DNA from: Paraspadella gotoi
Lineage: Eukaryota > Animalia > Chaetognatha
DNA: 64,000 nucleotides
Direction of reading: 5' to 3'
Assembly (NCBI GenBank): GCA_051294375.1
Contig: CM119263.1
Location: forward strand, 9,292,432 to 9,356,431
Shown here in pieces: positions 57,275 through 64,000 of this stretch. Position numbers and translations under genes: made by a program. Numbering within the stretch: the first letter of the stretch is position 1; every line of letters begins with the position of its first letter. Below the pieces are notes generated by a model. The model was not told where the DNA came from. It ran no database searches and saw only the letters and a program-made list of their open reading frames with translations.

Positions 57275-57985
57275 CCTCTCTCTCTCGCTCGCATGCAATT
57301 CGAATTTAATAAATTGAAAAAACTTTTCATCTCGATCGACAGGCATCTTTTTCGAAACCGAGTCTCTCTCGATTCGACATTTCAATGTAGAAAAATTCAT
57401 GAGCATCATTTTCGTCTTCGTCGTCGTCAACGTCGCTATTTTTTTTTTCATCGGATTTTCTCCCGGGCGAAATATGTTCTGTCCTGGGAATGTCTCGTCT
57501 CGCACTGGTCATTGAACCCGCGAGAGTTCCCCTTTTTTTTTTATCTTTCCAAGTTTTTGTTTTCATGGTTCATATTTTTTTTGGTTCGAAAAGAGGTGAT
57601 TAAAAGCTGAAAAAGACCTCATGAGAAAATGTTTTGAAAGGTGATTGTATTCGTTCGGAGGGAAAAAAAAGGTTACGAAAAGAACCGGAGGAAATCAAAA
57701 CCAAATTTAATTGAATGAGATACATAAATACGTGAAAAAGAGATGGAGTAAGTGAGGAGAGTTGGTAAGGTCAATCGTCAGAGAGTAATCACGTGACGAA
57801 GTGAAGCATCCATCCCCTTAATCACATGAAGTGAAGCATCCATCCTCGTAATCGAAAACTCGATCCAACGGACCAGAGATTGAAAGTGAAAAGAAGACAA
57901 AAAAGGAGAGAAAAAAAGAAAAGAACCAAAGTCGAATTTTGGGACAATGACCCGACGGTGTATTGAGCGACAAATAAAAAAAAAG

Positions 57986-58097
<112 letters not shown>

Positions 58098-59647
58098 TAT
58101 TTTTTATCCTACACTCTTTTCCTTGATTATTTCCCCCCTCTCTCTTTTTTTCTAATCCCGTGCATTATTGGTCTTTTTTTTTCGACCCGCGACCCGCCGG
58201 GCTTTTGTCGTGTGAACGAGTGAGGGGGGGAGGAAGTTTTTTTGCAAGAAGCCGACGTGTAGCCCCGGCCGTGGGGGCCGGTCGGGACCCGTCGGGAGGC
58301 CGTCCGAGCCGATTGGGAACGGGGGCCGATCCATCGCGGCACCGGTCGCGTCGTCAGGCTGGTAAAAAATGATTTATTCATAACACGGGCGCCTCTTTTT
58401 TTTTTCCAAGATTTGTTTTTTCATTTTCATTCTTCGTTTTTTTTTTCTTTACCCTTTGTCACTTTTTTTTGTTTCGCCTTATAATTTTTCCGTTTCACTT
58501 TTTTTTTTTTTATCCAGGGGTCCTCGGGTCCACTGCTGAACTTGGGTCCATTGTGGATCTTCCCTTTTTGTTCTCAATTTTCACGAGGTCTCACCAACTT
58601 TTTTTTTGGCCAGGATACGTTTTTCTTTAAACGACGTCCCGTTTTCTTCTTTTTTTTAACGAAATACTTTTTTTCCCCCTTTTTTTTCAGCGACATTAAA
58701 AGAACAAAGCGGTTGCCTCCCCGAGGAGTGGGGAGCATCGTTGTCGTTGTCGTTGTCGTCGTCTTTCTCGACGTCTTCTCTCTGCCCGTCGCCATCGGCT
58801 TCGACGTCTGCGGCAAAATTCTTCCCAACTTACAAATCGAACTCTGATTTCCATTTCTTCCCAATTTTTAAACCCCGCGCCAAATTTTGAAAAACCCGGT
58901 TTCAATTTTCGGTTTTCAATTTTCCACTCGTCAAAAATCAAATTACCAACTTTGACTTCCGCTTCCACCCCTCCGCTCCTCGCTTGCAACCCCCCCTACC
59001 CGCCATGCCTACCAGACCGCCACCCTCGCCTTTCATTCTCAGATTCTCGTTTCTCTCAAAATTTGCGATCAATGACGGGAAAGCTTCGCCCAAACTTTCC
59101 TGCTCATGTTATCCTTTCATTCGGCGCCAACTCCAGCTTCCTCGTCGCCAGGCAACGGACGCATATCGCTGTAGCTGACGTCATCGACGCCCACGACGAT
59201 CGAAGAATGCACGTGGCTCCGTCGCGTAAAGTCGTCTCTTGCTGTTCGCGGAAAAATTGCGTCCGTTGTTTCGAAGAGCCAACGGCGCTACTGGCAACGA
59301 CGTTGAGAACGACGATCACGACGAAGTTATTGCAGGCAAATCAAATGTACTTGACAAATATATACCGTAAACTCCTGATGGAAGCATGAAAGTTGCCGAC
59401 TCTTGGGTGAGATTCACTCACCGATCTTTCATTGTTCGACGCCTCGTCTACTCGCAGTCTAAAGAACCATGTCCGCCGATCTTTACCTTGCGTTCAGCCG
59501 TCTCCCCCATGTCGTCGCAAACCTGTCACTTCTTTTTCCGCGCTCCTTAGCAACGCCGAAAAAAAATTGTTATCATAAAACCGTCAGTGAAACGTCAGGA
59601 GCTTTACCCGCACTCCACTCTCTGTCTCTCCACTGCGCTACCTATCT

Positions 59648-59764
<117 letters not shown>

Positions 59765-59874
59765 AATACTTTTGATTTCATTCGATCGAATCTTACTAGC
59801 GACTTATTCTTCGCGTTTTACACCTTTTCCCGATGAGGCGACTCATGCGCCTGAGCTAATTTTACTAGTAAACC

Positions 59875-59918
<44 letters not shown>

Positions 59919-60117
59919 TCTGAGATAAACCGAACATCAAACGCTTCGTCAAGTTTTACGTCGAATTTTTCGTCTACTTTTTTTTTACTTCGAAAACTAT
60001 CTTTTTTTCAAGGCTCTAAAGTCAAAATGTTAAAATTTGAAAAGAACGGCGCTTTTGTGTCTCTCTGGAGAGAGAGAGAGAGAGAGAGTGAGAGAGAGAG
60101 ATAGAGAGAGTAGAACG

Positions 60118-60157
<40 letters not shown>

Positions 60158-61861
60158 ATTTTGTATTCCCCTTCGAAACGCGATTTGCTTAAAGTCTCAA
60201 ACTCAAGTCTCTGATTTTATCTTTCATTTCGAACTTTAAAAATTTTAACAACAACAAAATAAAAGAAAAGTCACCGTTCGTTGATTTGGTCGGGAATTGG
60301 ATAAAAATTTTGATAAAAAAATTCACGAGAAACCGACTTTGAATAAGTCTGCGAATGATCTAACCTTGGTACGTTCTTCTTTTCTTATTCATTAACAAGT
60401 GTATGTTGTTAATCAGGTTTATGTGAATGTTACTTTTTTCATTTTTATTTTCGCCTTTATTTAATTCTTAATTTTTGTTATAGACAGAACCATCTCTTTT
60501 TTCCATTTTTTTAAAAATTATTAAAATTATTAAAATTATTTAATTCTATTTATTATTTTAAAGTCGTAAGAATACAAATAAACAAATATGAAATTTCACA
60601 AATTAAGACGAGAAGAAAAACCATGACATTGACTTAGAATATTTTTAAATTTTATTCTTTATTGTATATATCAAGGAAGAAACGCTATTCTTCTTCGAAT
60701 TAATTCATTTTCATTTCCCCTTCTTTCATAGTATGTGATACGAAACGCGAGAAATATGATTATTTCTCGCGGAAAATCTTTCTTTTTTTTGCGAGTAAAT
60801 ATCGACGACTAATTTCTGAGGATAAATCTTCTTTGCCAATAAGATACAGAGGGCGTGACCTTGTCTGTAATCTCTTTTTAGTGAATCGATGTACGCTAGA
60901 TAAGTGTAAAAGCCTCAATGACTTTGTTATCTTCAATCCACGAGTCGTCGGCAAAAGCGTCTCGAACATCCCTCCTGACAGTGGAGACTGGAGACTGGAG
61001 ACCGGAGAGTGGGAAAAGTGGTCGCCGGTCGGGGTTGTCAGGCGATGATGGCTCGGCCTGAGACCGAGAGAGGAAAGTCATTCCGGCCTGATGGTCGATA
61101 ATTAGCAACCGAGACGCACGGTGGGTGAGAAGAGAGTTTAGGCGTAATTAGCGAGGTAAGGTGTGCTCACTTCTCACTGCCGAGTCAGGCGCGAATTCGT
61201 GATTGCGAGGGCGTAAAGAGGCGGGAAAGGAACGGGCGGAGGCGGGCATAGATCGGGCGGAGGCGTAAAGATTGAGTAAACGTCGAGGGCAGAAAGTCCT
61301 AATGTGACCTTTTATAGTCGGAGGCGGAAGAAGGAAGAGGAAAAGATAAAGAAAAGATTTGGGGTTTACTTGAAGTCTTAAAAAGGGAAAATAAAAAAGG
61401 AATAATAATTGTGGAATGGAAAATTGAGAAACGATAAAATGAATAGTTTAAAAAAGTGAAGGTTGGGAAGGTAGAGAATCAAGGAAATTAAAGAAAGGAA
61501 AGAAGAAAAAGAGGAGTGAACGAGTCTTATGAAAACGCGATGGAACTAATCGCTGAGGATTTGATCTTTGAGTGGAACTTGATGAACATCAAGTCTCTGA
61601 GCGTTATCCTTAACCATTTCCTCTTTCTTGTGACGCAAAGATTCTGTCTGAGACGATCGTTTTTGCTTAGTCTCTCTCTCTCTCTCTCTCTCATACTCTC
61701 TCTCCTCTCTCTCTCTCTCCTCCTTCTTCTCTCCCTCGTTCTACGTCTTCACTCTCTCTTACATCTCTCTCTTCTCACCCTATTTCCCTGAGCCGGGTTT
61801 TACCGGGTTTTTAACCCCTATCGGCGTCTTTAAACCGTTCTTTACCTCTCTCTCTCTCTCT

Positions 61862-61899
<38 letters not shown>

Positions 61900-62953
61900 C
61901 TCTCTCTTCTCACTCTCGATTATGCCGTTCATTTTTCTCCGAAGCGAACGAAGCTGTGCAATTTCGTTTCAAAATTATTCGTCGTCGTTCCAGTCATCAC
62001 TGTCGTCGTCTTCGTCGTCGTTTTCGTCGTTTATAATATATTGACTCTTTCGTTTCCTTCTTATATTTATTATAAAGTTATAAAGTTATAAAGTTAAAGA
62101 ATGAAAATAAAGAAGAAAAAACGATATTTGCAAACCAAAACGCCAAATAAATTATAATAAAAAAGTTGTAGGATCACAAGTGAAAGAAAAGCTAAGGCAA
62201 AAACCGTTAAAAAAAAACCCGGTAAAATTGTGTTCTGCTGCTCTGATTGTCTATTCGTCCTAATCTTATCTCTTTTCTCCTTCCTGGGATTTTTTGAAAA
62301 GTTTATTTGTTCTTATGCTTTTCTTTTTCCCCATCTTATCTTTCAATTCTCGCCTTCCTCTTTCCCTCCCTCTTCGTCACTCCCATCTCTTTCTCTTCAA
62401 TCTCCATCTCCTCTCAGACTTCCTCCCCTCAGCCCCCTCTTCCTCCCTCCCCCTCTCTCTCCTCTCCTCCACTAATTTTCAGCGAACAAAGAAAGTGAAA
62501 TTGGTTTATGTCGGCGACTCAGCTTCGAGCGAGAGTCAACCAAAGCAAGAGGCAATAAATATCAACTTTATTGGGAGAGGATCGTTTTTTAATTTGAGAA
62601 CAACATGGGCCTCTCTCTCTCTCTCTCTCGCTCTCTCTCTTTCTCTCTCTTTCTCTCTCTCTGTCTCTCTTTCTCACTCTTTTATTTCTTTTTTCCTACG
62701 CTACATATTTTTGTGTGAGCGCATGTGCATTTTTCCCGCTCGATAGCTACCCAGTAAGATTTTCACGGGAGTATTATATTAAATACATTTCTAGTTTCTA
62801 CAGTTACGAAAATTATTTTTAGACCATATACTTATTTGTTTAAATTTTTTTAAATTCAATATCATTTTCGATTTTAAACGGATAACGGACCGGAGATCAA
62901 TGAACCTAAACAAGATGTACAACTGAGGAAAAAAAAACGGGTTAAGATTTTAA

Positions 62954-62978
62954 NNNNNNNNNNNNNNNNNNNNNNNNN
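62954..62978. other. Assembly gap (25 N)
   Basis: N run. Confidence 1.
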
Positions 62979-64000
62979 ATAGAGACGGGATTAAATAGTT
63001 ATTACCGCGGTAAACCGCATGATGAGAATCGTTGGTTGGTTTAGAGAGAGAAGAGAGAGAGAGAGAGAGGAGAGACGAGAGAGAGAGAGAGAGGAGGAGA
63101 TGAGAGAGAGAGAGAAAGAGAGAGAGAGAAGAGAGGGTATGGAAATTCTTTACGAGGAAAACCGCAAGATTAAAATCTTGTAACACCGTTTTTTTTTCCT
63201 CAGTTGTACCCAAATTTTCAATTACCTAGATGAAAGGGTCACGACTCATTTTATTAGGTTCCCTTTTTTTCCTTCCCTTTCTTTCCCTTCTTTTTTTGTC
63301 TGTAGAAGACATGGGATTGATAAACCTGAAAAAACTTGACCGCGAAAGGAACTCTCCAGAGTTCCAAGTGATCGAGTACTATTGCGGTTTTTCTTGATCG
63401 TAATTTATATGTGGAATTAATTTAAAGGATTTTTAAATAAAATAATGATTTTAAATAATATGATTTTGATTTTGGAATATATTTTTGAGTAGACTTTATA
63501 TTTTTTTATTAAAACCTTTTATTTTTAATAAATTTTATTAATAATATAATATTATATAATATAAAAATATAAAGATGATCATTAGTTTTTTGATAAAATA
63601 CTTACTAAAGGTTATTCCTAAATTTTGTGAAGAATAAAATATTAAAAAAATAATATTTAGCAGTACTTACTGAAAATAAATCAAAAACACATATTAAAAC
63701 TTTTAAAAACTAAAAGAAATAAAAAAAAATGATTAAAATTATAATTATATTCCTTCATAACTTTTAGAATTTTTGAGCTCTTTATGGCCTTTTAAATATT
63801 GAAAATTTTCTGACTCATTTAATAGGTTCTTTTTGGTCTTTAAAAGACATTAAAACTGTCATAAACCCTAAAACTTGATCGGAAGGAACTTCTCAAAGCT
63901 TCAAAGAGTAATAGTCCATCCTTATTTTTGCCAAAATTGAAGCTTTGAGAAATGGAATTAAAAATATTTATTTTAAAGTTATTAGATGTTTAGTTATTAG

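Noticed and set aside
58952-59389. 145-aa ORF
   Set aside because: No domain similarity recognised and no supporting exon structure.
63305-63910. Two related short segments encoding KLDRE/KLDRK (cadherin-like)
   Set aside because: Early stops and no other cadherin motifs; likely a degenerate repeat.

Overview
Eukaryotic (invertebrate metazoan-like) draft-assembly DNA with AT-rich introns, GC-rich exons, very abundant (GA)n microsatellites and two 25-N gaps. Seven protein-coding genes fill the first 42 kb in strictly alternating orientation: DUSP19-like (-, runs off the window), RPGR-like (+), a CRAL-TRIO/alpha-TTP-like gene (-), DUSP23-like (+), GM2A-like (-), a classical calpain (+, with a 1-nt frameshift) and a C11orf96-like ORF (-). 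Three tRNA-Pro genes (CGG, AGG, TGG) sit in introns of the first two genes. The last ~21 kb has no recognisable CDS, only repeats: a 177-bp tandem array, a SINE-like element and microsatellites. The most notable observations are (i) a ~235-nt structured element with covarying stems, present in the sense strand of introns of two unrelated genes and bounded by short terminal direct repeats; (ii) Penelope-like/retrozyme-like relics with degenerate minimal hammerhead cores; and (iii) a pseudoknot-capable intronic element in calpain. Gene identities come from recalled protein motifs, not database searches.
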